This document shows, one piece after another, positions 14,601 to 27,169 of a stretch of DNA of 64,000 bases. Each line of letters opens with the position of its first letter. Within the stretch, counting starts at the first letter, position 1. The DNA is from Eledone cirrhosa (taxonomy: Eukaryota): NCBI GenBank assembly GCA_964016885.1, contig OZ024744.1, positions 16,120,001 through 16,184,000 of the forward strand, written 5' to 3'. The notes beneath the pieces were generated by a model that ran no database searches, had not been told where the DNA came from, and saw only the letters and a program-made list of their open reading frames with translations. A program made the translations under genes and the position numbers.

Positions 14601-14850
14601 GGAAGTTGGTGAAGTAGAGTATGAAGGAAGTTGAATAAGGAGAATATCAAGGAAGTTGGAGAAGGAGAGTGTGATTGAAGTTGGAGAAGAAGAGTATGAA
14701 GGAAGTTGGAGAAGGAGAATATGAAGGAAGTTGGAAAAGTAGAGTATGAAGGAGGTTGGAGGAGGAGAGTATGAAGGAAGTTGGAGATGGAGAATATGAA
14801 GGAAGTTGGAGAAGGATAATATGAAGGAAGTTGGAGAAGGAGTGTATGAA
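11657..14850 (+). repeat. Near-perfect 1594-bp tandem duplication (11657-13250 / 13251-14844), about 64 monomers
   Basis: The private variant AATACGAACG occurs at TACG 11857 and 13451, CTGACGGAC at 12478/14072, and AATATCAA ends at 13056/14650. All offsets are 1594. Confidence 0.93.
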
Positions 14851-17800
14851 GGAAGTTGGAGAAGGAGAATATGAAGGAAGTTGAAGGAGGAGAATATGAA
14901 GGAAGTTGAAGAAGGAGAATATGAAGGAAGTTGGAGAAGGAGAGTATGAAGGAAGTTGAAGGAAGAAAATATGAAGGAAGTTGGAGAAGAAGAGTATGAC
15001 GGAAGTTGGAGAAGGAGAATATGAAGGAAGTTGAAGAAGGAGAATATGAAGGAAGTTGCAGAAGGATAATATGAAGGAAGTTGGAGAAGGAGAGTATGAA
15101 GGAAGTTGAAGGAAGAAAATATGAAGGAAGTTGGAGGAGGAGAATATGAAGGAAGTTGGAGAAGGAGAATATGAAGGAAGTTGGAGAAGGAAAATATGAA
15201 GGATGTTGGAGAAGGATAATATGAAAGAAGTTGGAGAAGGAGAGTATGAAGGAAGTTGTAGAAGGAGAGTATGAAGGAAGTTGGAGAAGGAGATTATGAA
15301 GGAAGTTGGAGAAGGAGAGTATGAAGGAAGTTGGAGAAGGAGAATATGAAGGAAGTTGGGGAAGAAGGTATGAAGGATGTTGGAGAAGGAGAGTATGAAG
15401 GAAGTTGGAGAAGGAGAATCTGAAGGAAGTTGGAGAAGGAGAGCATGAAGTATCTTGGAGAAGCAGAGTATGAAGAAAGTTGGAGAAGGAGAATAGGAAT
15501 GAAGTTGTGGAAGAAGGTATGAAAGAAGTTGGAGAAGGAGAATATGAAGGAAGTTGAAGGAGGAGAATATGAAGGAAGTTGAAGAAGGAAAATATGAAAG
15601 AAGTTGGAGAAGGAGAGTATGAAAGAAGTTGGAGAAGGAGAGTATGCAGGAAGTTAGAGAAGGAGAGTATGAAGTAAGTTGGAGATGGAGAGTATGAAGT
15701 AAGTTGAATAAGGAGAATATCAAGGAAGTTGGAGAAGGAGAGTGTGATTGAAGTTGGAGAAGGAGAGTATGAAGGAAGTTGGAGAAGGAGAATATGAAGG
15801 AAGTTGGAAAAGGAGAGTATGAAGGAGGTTGGAGGAGGGGAGTATGAAGGAAGTTGGAGATGGAGAATATGAAGGAAGTTGGAGAAGGATAATATGAGGG
15901 AAGTTGGAGAAGGAGTGTATGAAGGAAGTTGGAGAAGGAGAATATGAAGGAAGTTGAAGGAGGAGAATATTAAGGAAGTTGAAGAAGGAGGATATGAAGG
16001 AATTTGGAGAAGGAGAGTATGAAGGAAGTTGGAGAAGGAGAGTATGAAGGAAGTTGGAGAAGGAGAGTATGAAGGAGGTTGGAGGAGGAGAGTATGAAGG
16101 AAGTTAGAGAAGGAGAATATGAAGGAAGTTGGAGAAGGAGAGTATGAAGGAAGTTGGAGAAAAAGAATATGAAGGAAGGTGTGGAAGAAGGTATGAAGGA
16201 AGTTGGAGAAGGAGAGTATGAAGAAAGTTGGAGAAGGAGAGTATGAAGGAAGTTGAAGGAAGAAAATATGAAGGAAGTTGGAGGAGCAGAATATGAAGGA
16301 AGTTGGAGAAGGAGAATATGAAGGAAGTTGGAGAAGGAAAATATGAAGGATGTTGGAGAAGGATAATATGAAAGAAGTTGGAGAAGGAGAGTATGAAAGA
16401 AGTTGGAGAAGGAGAGTATGAAGGAAGTTGGAGAAGGAGATTATGAAGGAAGTTGGAGAAGGAGAGTATGAAGGAAGTTGGAGAAGGAGCGTATGAAGGA
16501 AGTTGAAGGAGGAGAATATGAAGGAAGTTGAAGAAGGAGAATATGAAGGAAGTTGGAGAAGGAGAGTATGAAGGAAGTTGAAGGAAGAAAATATGAAGGA
16601 AGTTGGAGGAGGAGAATATGAAGGAATTTGGAGAAGGAAAATATGAAGGATGTTGGAGAAGGATAACATGAAAGAAGTTGGAGAAGGAGAGTATGAAGAA
16701 AGTTGAATAAGGAGAATATGAAGGAAGTTGGAGAAGGAGAATATGAAGAAAGTTGGAGAAGGAAAATATGAAGGATGTTGGAGAAGGATAATATGAAAGA
16801 AGTTGGAGAAGGAGAGTATGAAGGAAGTTGGAGAAGGAGAGTATGAAGGAAGTTGGAGAAGAAGATTATGAAGGAAGTTGGAGAAGGTGAGTATGAAGGA
16901 AGTTGGAGAAGGAGCGTATGAAGGAAGTTGAAGGAGGAGAATATGAAGGAAGTTGAAGAAGGAGAATCTGAAGGAAGTTGGAGAAAGAGAGTATGAAGGA
17001 AGTTGAATGAGGAGAATATGAAGGAAGTTGAAGGAGGAGAATATGAACGATTTTGGAGAAGGAGAGTATGAAGGAAGTTGGAGAAGGAGAATCTGAAGGA
17101 AGTTGGAGAAGGAGAGTATGAAGGAAGTTGAAGGAGAAGAATATGAAGGAAGTTGAAGAAAGAGAATCAGAAGGAAGTTGGAGAAGGAGAGTATGAAGGA
17201 AGTTGAAGAAGGAGAATCTGAAGGAAGTTGGAGAAGGAGAGTGTGAAGGAAGTTGGGGGAGGAGAATATGAAGGAAGTTGAAGGAGGAGAATATGAACGA
17301 AGTTGAAGAAGGAGAATATGAAGGAAGTTGAAGGAGGAGAACATGAAGGAAGTTGAAGAAGGAGAATCTGAAAGAAGTTGGAGAAGGAGAGTATGAAGGA
17401 AGTTGGAGAAGGAGAATCTGAAGGAAGTTGGAGAAGGAGAGTAAGAAGGAAGTTGAAGGTGAAGTATATGAAGGAAGTTGAAGAAGGAGAATCTGAAGGA
17501 AGTTGGAGAAAAAGAGTATGAAGGAAGTTGGGGAAGAATGTATGAGGGAAGTTGGAGAAGAAGAATATGAAGGAAGTTGAGGAAGAAGGTATGAAGGAAG
17601 TTGGAGAAGAAGAATATGAATGAAGTTGGGGAAGAAGGTATGAAAGAAGTTGGAGAAGGAGAATATGAAGGAAGTTGAAGGAGAAGAATATGAAGAAAGT
17701 TGAAGAAGGAAAATATGAAAGAAGTTGGAGAAGGAGAGTATGCAGGAAGTTAGAGAAGTAGAGTATGAAGGAAGTTGGAGAAGGAGAATCTGAAGGAAGT

Positions 17801-19779
17801 TGGAGAAGGAGAGTATGAAGGAAGTTGGAGAAGGAGAGTATGAAGGAAGTTGGAGAAGGAGCGTATGATGGAAGTTGGAGAAGGAGATTATGTAGGAAGT
17901 TGAATAAGGAGAATATGAAGGAAGTTGGAGAAGGAGAGTATGAAGGAAGTTGGAGAAGGAGAGTATGAAGGGGGCTGGAGGAGGAGAATATGAAGGAAGT
18001 TGGAGAAGGAGAGTATGAAGGAAGTTGGAGAAGTAGAATATGAAAGAAGTTGGGGAAGAAGGTAAGAAGGAAGTTGGAGAAGGAGAGTCTGAAGGAAGTT
18101 GGAGATGGAGAGTATGAAGGAAGTTGAAGAAGGAGAGTATGAAGGAAGTTGGAGAAGTAGAGTATGAAGGAAGTTGGAGATGGAGAGTATGAAGGAAGTT
18201 GAATAAGGAGAATATCAAGGAAGTTGGAGAAGGAGAGTGTGATTGAAGTTGGAGAAGAGTATGAAGGAAGTTGGAGAAGGAGAATATGAAGGAAGTTGGA
18301 AAAGGAGAGTATGAAGGAGGTTGGAGGAGGAGAGTATGAAGGAAGTTGGAGATGGAGAATATGAAGGAAGTTGGAGAAGGATAATATGAAGGAAGTTGGA
18401 GAAGGGGTGTATGAAGGAAGTTGGAGAAGGAGAATATGAAGGAAGCTGAAGGAGGAGAACATGAAGGAAGTTGAAGAAGGAGAATATGAAGGAAGTTGGA
18501 GAAGGAGAGTATGAAGGAAGTTGAAGGAAGAAAATATGACGGAAGTTGGAGAAGGAGAGTATGAAGGAAGTTGGAGAAGGAGAATATGAAGGAAGTTGAA
18601 GAAGGAGAATATGAAGGAAGTTGCAGAAGGATAATATGAAGGAAGTTGGAGAAGGAGAATATGAAGGAAGTTGGAGAAGGATAATATGAAAGAAGTTGGA
18701 GAAGGAGAGTATGAAGGAAGTTGGTGAAGGAGAGTATGAAGGATGTTGGAGAAGGATAATATGAAAGAAGTTGGAGAAGGAGAGTATGAAGGAAGTTGGT
18801 GAAGGAGAGTATGAAGGAAGTTGGAGAAGGAGATTATGAAGGAAGTTGGAGAAGGAGAGTATGAAGGAAGTTGGAGAAGGAGCGTATGAAGGAAGTTGAA
18901 GGAGGAGAATATGAAGGAAGTTGAAGAAGGAGAATATGAAGGAAGTTGGAGAAGGAGAGTATGAAGAAAGTTGAAGGTAGAAAATATGAAGGAAGTTGGA
19001 GGAGGAGAATATGAAGGATGTTGGAGAAGAATAATATGAAGGAAGTTGGAGAAGGAGAGTATGAAGGAAGTTGGAGAAGGAGAGTATGAAGGAAGTTGAA
19101 GAAGGAGAATAAGAAGGAAGTTGGAGAAGGAGAGTATGAAGGAAGTTGGAGAAGGAGAATATGAAGGAAGTTGGAAAAGGAGAGCAAGAAGGAGGTTGGA
19201 GGAGGAGAGTATGAAAGAAGTTGGAGATGGAGAATATGAAGGAAGTTGGTGAAGGATAATATGAAGGAAGTTGGAGGAGGAGAGTATGAAGGAAGTTGGA
19301 GAAGTAGAATATGAAGGAAGTTGGGGAAGAAGGTATGAAGGAAGTTGGAGAAGGAGAGTCTGAAGGAAGTTGGAGATGGAGAGTATGAAGGAAGTTGAAG
19401 AAGGAGAGTATGAAGGAAGTTGGAGAAGTAGAGTATGAAGGAAGTTGGAGATGGAGAGTATGAAGGAAGTTGAATAAGGAGAATATCAAGGAAGTTGGAG
19501 AAGGAGAGTGTGAAGGAGGTTGGAGGAGGAGAGTATGAAGGAAGTTGCAGAAGGATAATATGAAGGAAGTTGGAGAAGGAGAGTATGAAGGAAGTTGAAG
19601 GAAGAAAATATGAAGGAAGTTGGAGGAGGAGAATATGAAGGAAGTTGGAGCAGGAAAATATGAAGGATGTTGGAGAAGGATAATATGAAAGAAGTTGGAG
19701 AAGGAGAGTATGAAGGAAGTTGGTGAAGGATAATATGAAGGAAGTTGGAGAAGGAGATTATGAAGGAAGTTGGAGAAGG

Positions 19780-22700
19780 AGAGTATGAAGGAAGTTGGAG
19801 AAGGAGCGTATGAAGGAAGTTGAAGGAGGAGAATATGAAGGAAGTTGAAGAAGGAGAATATGAAGGAAGTTGGAGAAGGAGAGTATGAAGGAAGTTGAAG
19901 GAAGAAAATATGAAGGAAGTTGGAGGAGGAGAATATGAAGGATGTTGGAGAAGAATAATATGAAAGAAGTTGGAGAAGGAGAGTATGAAGGAAGTTGTAG
20001 AAGGAGAGTATGAAGGAAGTTGGAGAAGGAGATTATGAAGGAAGTTGGAGAAGAAGAGTATGAAGGAAGTTGGAGAAGGAGAATATGAAGGAAGTTGGGG
20101 AAGAAGGTATGAAGGATGTTGGAGAAGGAGAGTATGAAGGAAGTTGGAGAAGGAGAATCTGAAGGAAGTTGGAGAAGGAGAGTATGAAGGATCTTGGAGA
20201 AGCAGAGTATGAAGAAAGTTGGAGAAGGAGAATAGGAATGAAGTTGTGGAAGAAGGTATGAAAGAAGTTGGAGAAGGAGAATATGAAGGAAGTTGAAGGA
20301 GGAGAATATGAAGGAAGTTGAAGAAGGAAAATATGAAAGAAGTTGGAGAAGGAGAGTATGCAGGAAGTTAGAGAAGGAGAGTATGAAGGAAGTTGGAGAT
20401 GGAGAGTATGAAGTAAGTTGAATAAGGAGAATATCAAACAAGTTGGAGAAGGAGAGTGTGATTGAAGTTGGAGAAGGAGAGTATGAAGGAAGTTGGAGAA
20501 GGAGAATATGAAGGAAGTTGGAAAAGGAGAGTATGAAGGAGGTTGGAGGAGGAGAGTATGAAGGAAGTTGGAGATGGAGAATATGAAGGAAGTTGGAGAA
20601 GGATAATATGAGGGAAGTTGGAGAAGGAGTGTATGAAGGAAGTTGGAGAAGGAGAATATGAAGGAAGTTGAAGGAGTAGAATATTAAGGAAGTTGAAGAA
20701 GGAGGATATGAAGGAATTTGGAGAAGGAGAGTATGAAGGAAGTTGGAGAAGGAGAGTATGAAGGAAGTCGGAGAAGGAGAGTATGAAGGAGGTTGGAGGA
20801 GGAGAGTATGAAGGAAGTTAGAGAAGGAGAATATGAAGGAAGTTGGAGAAGGAGAGTATGAAGGAAGTTGGAGAAAAAGAATATGAAGGAAGGTGTGGAA
20901 GAAGGTATGAAGGAAGTTGGAGAAGGAGAGTATGAAGAAAGTTGGAGAAGGAGAGTATGAAGGAAGTTGAAGGAAGAAAATATGAAGGAAGTTGGAGGAG
21001 GAGAATATGAAGGAAGTTGGAGAAGGAGAATATGAAGGAAGTTGGAGAAGGAAAATATGAAGGATGTTGGAGAAGGATAATATGAAAGAAGTTGGAGAAG
21101 GAGAGTATGAAGGAAGTTGGAGAAGGAGAGTATGAAGGAAGTTGGAGAAGGAGATTATGAAGGAAGTTGGAGAAGGAGAGTATGAAGGAAGTTGGAGAAG
21201 GAGCGTATGAAGGAAGTTGAAGGAGGAGAATATGAAGGAAGTTGAAGAAGGAGAATATGAAGGAAGTTGGAGAAGGAGAGTATGAAGGAAGTTGAAGGAA
21301 GAAAATATGAAGGAAGTTGGAGGAGGAGAATATGAAGGAATTTGGAGAAGGAAAAAATGAAGGATGTTGGAGAAGGATAATATGAAAGAAGTTGGAGAAG
21401 GAGAGTATGAAGAAAGTTGAATAAGGAGAATATGAAGGAAGTTGGAGAAGGAGAGTATGAAGGAAGTTGGAGAAGGAGAATATGAAGGAAGTTGGGGAAG
21501 AAGGTATGAAGGAAGTTGGAGAAGGAGAGTCTGAAGGAAGTTGGAGATGGAGAGTATGAAGGAAGTTGAAGAAGGAGAGTATGAAGGAAGTTGGAGAAGT
21601 AGAGTATGAAGGAAGTTGGAGATGGAGAGTATGAAGGAAGTTGAATAAGGAGAATATCAAGGAAGTTGGAGAAGGAGAGTGTGAAGGAGGTTGGAGGAGG
21701 AGAGTATGAAGGAAGTTGCAGAAGGATAATATGAAGGAAGTTGGAGAAGGAGAGTATGAAGGAAGTTGGAGAAGGAGAGTATGAAGGGGGCTGGAGGAGG
21801 AGAATATGAAGGAAGTTGAAGGAGGAGAATATGAAGGAAGTTGGAGAAGGAGAATATGAAGGAAGTTGGAGAAGGAAAATATAAAGGATGTTGGAGAAGG
21901 ATAATATGAAAGAAGTTGGAGAAGGAGAGTATGAAGGAAGTTGGTGAAGGAGAGTATGAAGGAAGTTGGAGAAGGAGATTATGAAGGAAGTTGGAGAAGG
22001 AGAGTATGAAGGAAGTTGGAGAAGGAGCGTATGAAGGAAGTTGAAGGAGGAGAATATGAAGGAAGTTGAAGAAGGAGAATATGAAGGAAGTTGGAGAAGG
22101 AGAGTATGAAGGAAGTTGAAGGAAGAAAATATGAAGGAAGTTGGAGGAGGAGAATATGAAGGATATTGGAGAAGAATAATATGAAAGAAGTTGGAGAAGG
22201 AGAGTATGGAGGAAGTTGTAGAAGGAGAGTATGAAGGAAGTTGGAGAAGGAGCGTATGAAGGAAGTTGAAGGAGGAGAATATGAAGGAAGTTGAAGAAGG
22301 AGAATATGAAGGAAGTTGGAGAAGGAGAGTATGAAGGAAGTTGAAGGAAGAAAATATGAAGGAAGTTGGAGGAGGAGAATATGAAGGATGTTGGAGAAGA
22401 ATAATATGAAAGAAGTTGGAGAAGGAGAGTATGGAGGAAGTTGTAGAAGGAGAGTATGAAGGAAGTTGGAGAAGGAGATTATGAAGGAAGTTGGAGAAGG
22501 AGAGTATGAAGGAAGTTGGAGAAGGAGAATATGAAGGAAGTTGGGGAAGAAGGTATGAAGGATGTTGGAGAAGGAGAGTATGAAGGAAGTTGGAGAAGGA
22601 GAATCTGAAGGAAGTTGGAGAAGGAGAGTATGAAGGATCTTGGAGAAGCAGAGTGTGAAGAAAGTTGGAGAAGGAGAATAGGAATGAAGTTGTGGAAGAA

Positions 22701-24060
22701 GGTATGAAAGAAGTTGGAGAAGGAGAATATGAAGGAAGTTGAAGGAGGAGAATATGAAGGAAGTTGAAGAAGGAAAATATGAAAGAAGTTGGAGAAGGAG
22801 AGTATGCAGGAAGTTAGAGAAGGAGAGTATGAAGGAAGTTGGAGATGGAGAGTATGAAGTAAGTTGAATAAGGAGAATATCAAACAAGTTGGAGAAGGAG
22901 AGTGTGATTGAAGTTGGAGAAGGAGAGTATGAAGGAAGTTGGAGAAGGAGAATATGAAGGAAGTTGGAAAAGGAGAGTATGAAGGAGGTTGGAGGAGGAG
23001 AGTATGAAGGAAGTTGGAGATGGAGAATATGAAGGAAGTTGGAGAAGGATAATATGAGGGAAGTTGGAGAAGGAGAGTATGAAGGAAGTTGGAGAAGGAG
23101 AATATGAAGGAAGTTGAAGGAGGAGAATATTAAGGAAGTTGAAGAAGGAGGATATGAAGGAATTTGGAGAAGGAGAGTATGAAGGAAGTTGGAGAAGGAG
23201 AGTATGAAGGAAGTCGGAGAAGGAGAGTATGAAGGAGGTTGGAGGAGGAGAGTATGAAGGAAGTTAGAGAAGGAGAATATGAAGGAAGTTGGAGAAGGAG
23301 AGTATGAAGGAAGTTGGAGAAAAAGAATATGAAGGAAGGTGTGGAAGAAGTTATGAAGGAAGTTGGAGAAGGAGAGTATGAAGAAAGTTGGAGAAGGAGA
23401 GTATGAAGGAAGTTGAAGGAAGAAAATATGAAGGAAGTTGGAGGAGGAGAATATGAAGGAAGTTGGAGAAGGAGAATATGAAGGAAGTTGGAGAAGGAAA
23501 ATATGAAGGATGTTGGAGAAGGATAATATGAAAGAAGTTGGAGAAGGAGAGTATGAAGGAAGTTGGAGAAGGAGAGTATGAAGGAAGTTGGAGAAGGAGA
23601 TTATGAAGGAAGTTGGAGAAGGAGAGTATGAAGGAAGTTGGAGAAGGAGCGTATGAAGGAAGTTGAAGGAGGAGAATATGAAGGAAGTTGAAGAAGGAGA
23701 ATATGAAGGAAGTTGGAGAAGGAAAAAATGAAGGATGTTGGAGAAGGATAATATGAAAGAAGTTGGAGGAGGAGAGTATGAAGAAAGTTGAATAAGGAGA
23801 ATATGAAGGAAGTTGGAGAAGGAGAGTATGAAGGAAGTTGGAGAAGGAGAATATGAAGGAAGTTGGGGAAGAAGGTATGAAGGAAGTTGGAGAAGGAGAG
23901 TCTGAAGGAAGTTGGAGATGGAGAGTATGAAGGAAGTTGAAGAAGGAGAGTATGAAGGAAGTTGGAGAAGTAGAGTATGAAGGAAGTTGGAGATGGAGAG
24001 TATGAAGGAAGTTGAATAAGGAGAATATCAAGGAAGTTGGAGAAGGAGAGTGTGAAGGAA
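19780..24060 (+). repeat. About 1.9-kb block duplicated at offset 2446, falling to 2371 after a 3-monomer deletion (about 19780-21690 / about 22226-24060)
   Basis: ORF pairs 20033..20437/22479..22883. Private variants ATCAAACAAG (about 20435/22881), AAGTCGG (C at 20769/23215) and GAAAAAATG (21351/23722). Confidence 0.88.
21990..22470 (+). repeat. 225-bp (9-monomer) tandem duplication
   Basis: The rare variant TATGGAGGAAGTTGTAG occurs at 22205 and 22430, and GGAGCGT at 22024 and 22249. Confidence 0.85.
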
Positions 24061-27000
24061 GTTGGAGAAGGAGAATATGAAGGAAGTTGGGGAAGAAGGT
24101 ATGAAGGAAGTTGGAGAAGGAGAGTATGAAGGAAGTTGGTGAAGGAGAGTATGAACGAATTTGGAGAAGGAGAGTATGAAGGAAGTTGGAGAAGGAGAAT
24201 GTGAAGGAAGTTGGAGAAGGAGAGTATGAAGGAAGTTGAAGGAGAAGAATATGAAGGAAGTTGAAGAAAGAGAATCAGAAGGAAGTTGGAGAAGGAGAGT
24301 ATGAAGGAAGTAGAAGGAGGAGAATCTGAAGGAAGTTGGAGAAGGAGAGTGTGAAGGAAGTTGGGGGAGGAGAATATGAAGGAAGTTGAAGGAGGAGAAT
24401 ATGAACGAAGTTGAAGAAGGAGAATATGAAGGAAGTTGAAGGAGGAGAATCAGAAGGAAGTTGGAGAAGGAGAGTATGAAGGAAGTTGAAGAAGGAGAAT
24501 CGGAAGGAAGTTGGAGAAGGAGAGTATGAAGGAAGTTGAAGGTGAAGTATATGAAGGAAGTTGAAGAAGGAGAATCTGAAGGATGTTGGAGAAAAAGAGT
24601 ATGAAGGAAGTTGGGGAAGAAGGTATGAGGGAAGTTGGAGAAGAAGAATATGAAGGAAGTTGAGGAAGAAGGTATGAAGGAAGTTGGAGAAGAAGAATAT
24701 GAATGAAGTTGGGGAAGAAGGTATGAAAGAAGTTGGAGAAGGAGAATATGAAGGAAGTTGAAGGAGAAGAATATGAAGGAAGTTGAAGAAGGAAAATATG
24801 AAAGAAGTTGGAGAAGGAGAGTATGCAGGAAGTTAGAGAAGTAGAGTATGAAGGAAGTTGGAGAAGGAGAATCTGAAGGAAGTTGGAGAAGGAGAGTATG
24901 AAGGAAGTTGGAGAAGGAGACTATGAAGGAAGTTGGAGAAGGAAAGTATGAAGGAAGTTGGAGAAGGAGAGTATGAAGGAAGTTGGAGAAGGAGATTATG
25001 TAGGAAGTTGGAGAAGGAGAGTATGAAGGAAGTTGGAGAAGGAGCGTATGATGGAAGTTGGAGAAGGAGATTATGAAGGAAGTTGAATAAGGAGAATATG
25101 AAGGAAGTTGGAGAAGGAGAGTATGAAGGAAGTTGGAGAAGAAGAATATGAAGGAAGTTGGGGAAGAAGGTATGAAGGATGTTGGAGAAGGAGAGTCTGA
25201 AGGAAGTTGGAGATGGAGAGTATGAAGGAAGTTGAAGAAGGAGAGTATGAAGGAATTTGGAGAAGTAGAGTACGAAGGAAGTTGGAGAAGGAGAATATGA
25301 AGGAAGTTGGGGAAGAAGGTATGAAGGAAGTTGGAGAAGGAGAGTATGAAGGAAGTTGGTGAAGGAGAGTATGAAGGAAGTTGAAGAAGGAGAATAATAA
25401 GGAAGTTGGGGAAGGAGAGTATGAAGGAAGTTGAAGGAGCAGAATATGAAGGAAGTTGAAGAAGGAGAATCTGAAGGAAGTTGGAGAAAGAGAGTATGAA
25501 GGAAGTTGAAGGAGGAGAATATGAAGGAAGTTGAAGGAGGAGAATATGAACGAATTTGGAGAAGGAGAGTATGAAGGAAGTTGAAGGAAGAAAATATGAA
25601 GGAAGTTGGAGGAGGAGAATATGAAGGATGTTGGAGAAGAATAATATGAAAGAAGTTGGAGAAGGAGAGTATGAAGGAAGTTGGAGAAAGAGAGTATGAA
25701 GGAAGTTGAAGGAGGAGAATATCAAGGAAGTTGGAGAAGGAGAGTGTGATTGAAGTTGGAGAAGAAGAGTATGAAGGAAGTTGGAGAAGGAGAATATGAA
25801 GGAAGTTGGAAAAGGAGAGTATGAAGGAGGTTGGAGGAGGAGAGTATGAAGGAAGTTGGAGATGGAGAATATGAAGGAAGTTGGAGAAGGATAATATGAA
25901 GGAAGTTGGAGAAGGGGTGTATGAAGGAAGTTGGAGAAGGAGAATATGAAGGAAGTTGAAGGAGGAGAATATGAAGGAAGTTGAAGAAGGAGAATATGAA
26001 GGAAGTTGGAGAAGGAGAGTATGAAGGAAGTTGAAGGAAGAAAATATGACGGAAGTTGGAGAAGGAGAGTATGAAGGAAGTTGGAGAAGGAGAATATGAA
26101 GGAAGTTGAAGAAGGAGAATATGAAGGAAGTTGCAGAAGGATAATATGAAGGAAGTTGGAGAAGGAGAGTATGAAGGAAGTTGAAGGAAGAAAATATGAA
26201 GGAAGTTGGAGGAGGAGAATATGTAGGAAGTTGGAGAAGGAGAATATGAAGGAAGTTGGAGAAGGAAAATATGAAGGATGTTGGAGAAGGATAATATGAA
26301 AGAAGTTGGAGGAGGAGAGTATGAAGGAAGTTGGTGAAGGAGAGTATGAAGGAAGTTGGAGAAGGAGATTATGAAGGAAGTTGGAGAAGGAGAGTATGAA
26401 GGAACTTGAAGAAGGAGAGTATGAAGGAAGTTGAAGGAGGAGAATATGAAGGAAGTTGAAGAAGGAGAATATGAAGGAAGTTGGAGAAGGAGAGTATGAA
26501 GGAAGTTGAAGGAAGAAAATATGAAGGAAGTTGGAGGAGGAGAATATGAAGGATGTTGGAGAAGAATAATATGAAAGAAGTTGGAGAAGGAGAGTATGAA
26601 GGAAGTTGGAGAAAGAGAGTATGAAGGAAGTTGAAGGAGGAGAATATGAAGGAAGTTGAAGGAGGAGAATATGAACGAATTTGGAGAAGGAGAGTATGAA
26701 GGAAGTTGGAGAAGGAGAATCTGAAGGAAGTTGGAGAAGGAGAGTATGAAGGAAGTTGAAGGAGAAGAATATGAAGGAAGTTGAAGAAAGAGAATCTGAA
26801 GGAAGTTGGAGAAGGAGAGTATGAAGGAAGTTGAAGAAGGAGAATCTGAAGGAAGTTGGAGAAGGAGAGTGTGAAGGAAGTTGGGGGAGGAGAATATGAA
26901 GGAAGTTGAAGGAGGAGAATATGAACGAAGTTGAAGAAGGAGAATATGAAGAAAGTTGAAGGAGGAGAATATGAAGGAAGTTGAAGAAGGAGAATCAGAA

Positions 27001-27169
27001 GGAAGTTGGAGAAGGAGAGAATGATGGAAGTTGAAGAAGGAGAATCTGAAAGAAGTTGGAGAAGGAGAGTATGAAGGAAGTTGGAGAAGGAGAATCTGAA
27101 GGAAGTTGGAGAAGGAGAGTATGAAGGAAGTTGAAGGTGAAGTATATGAAGGAAGTTGAAGAAGGAGAA

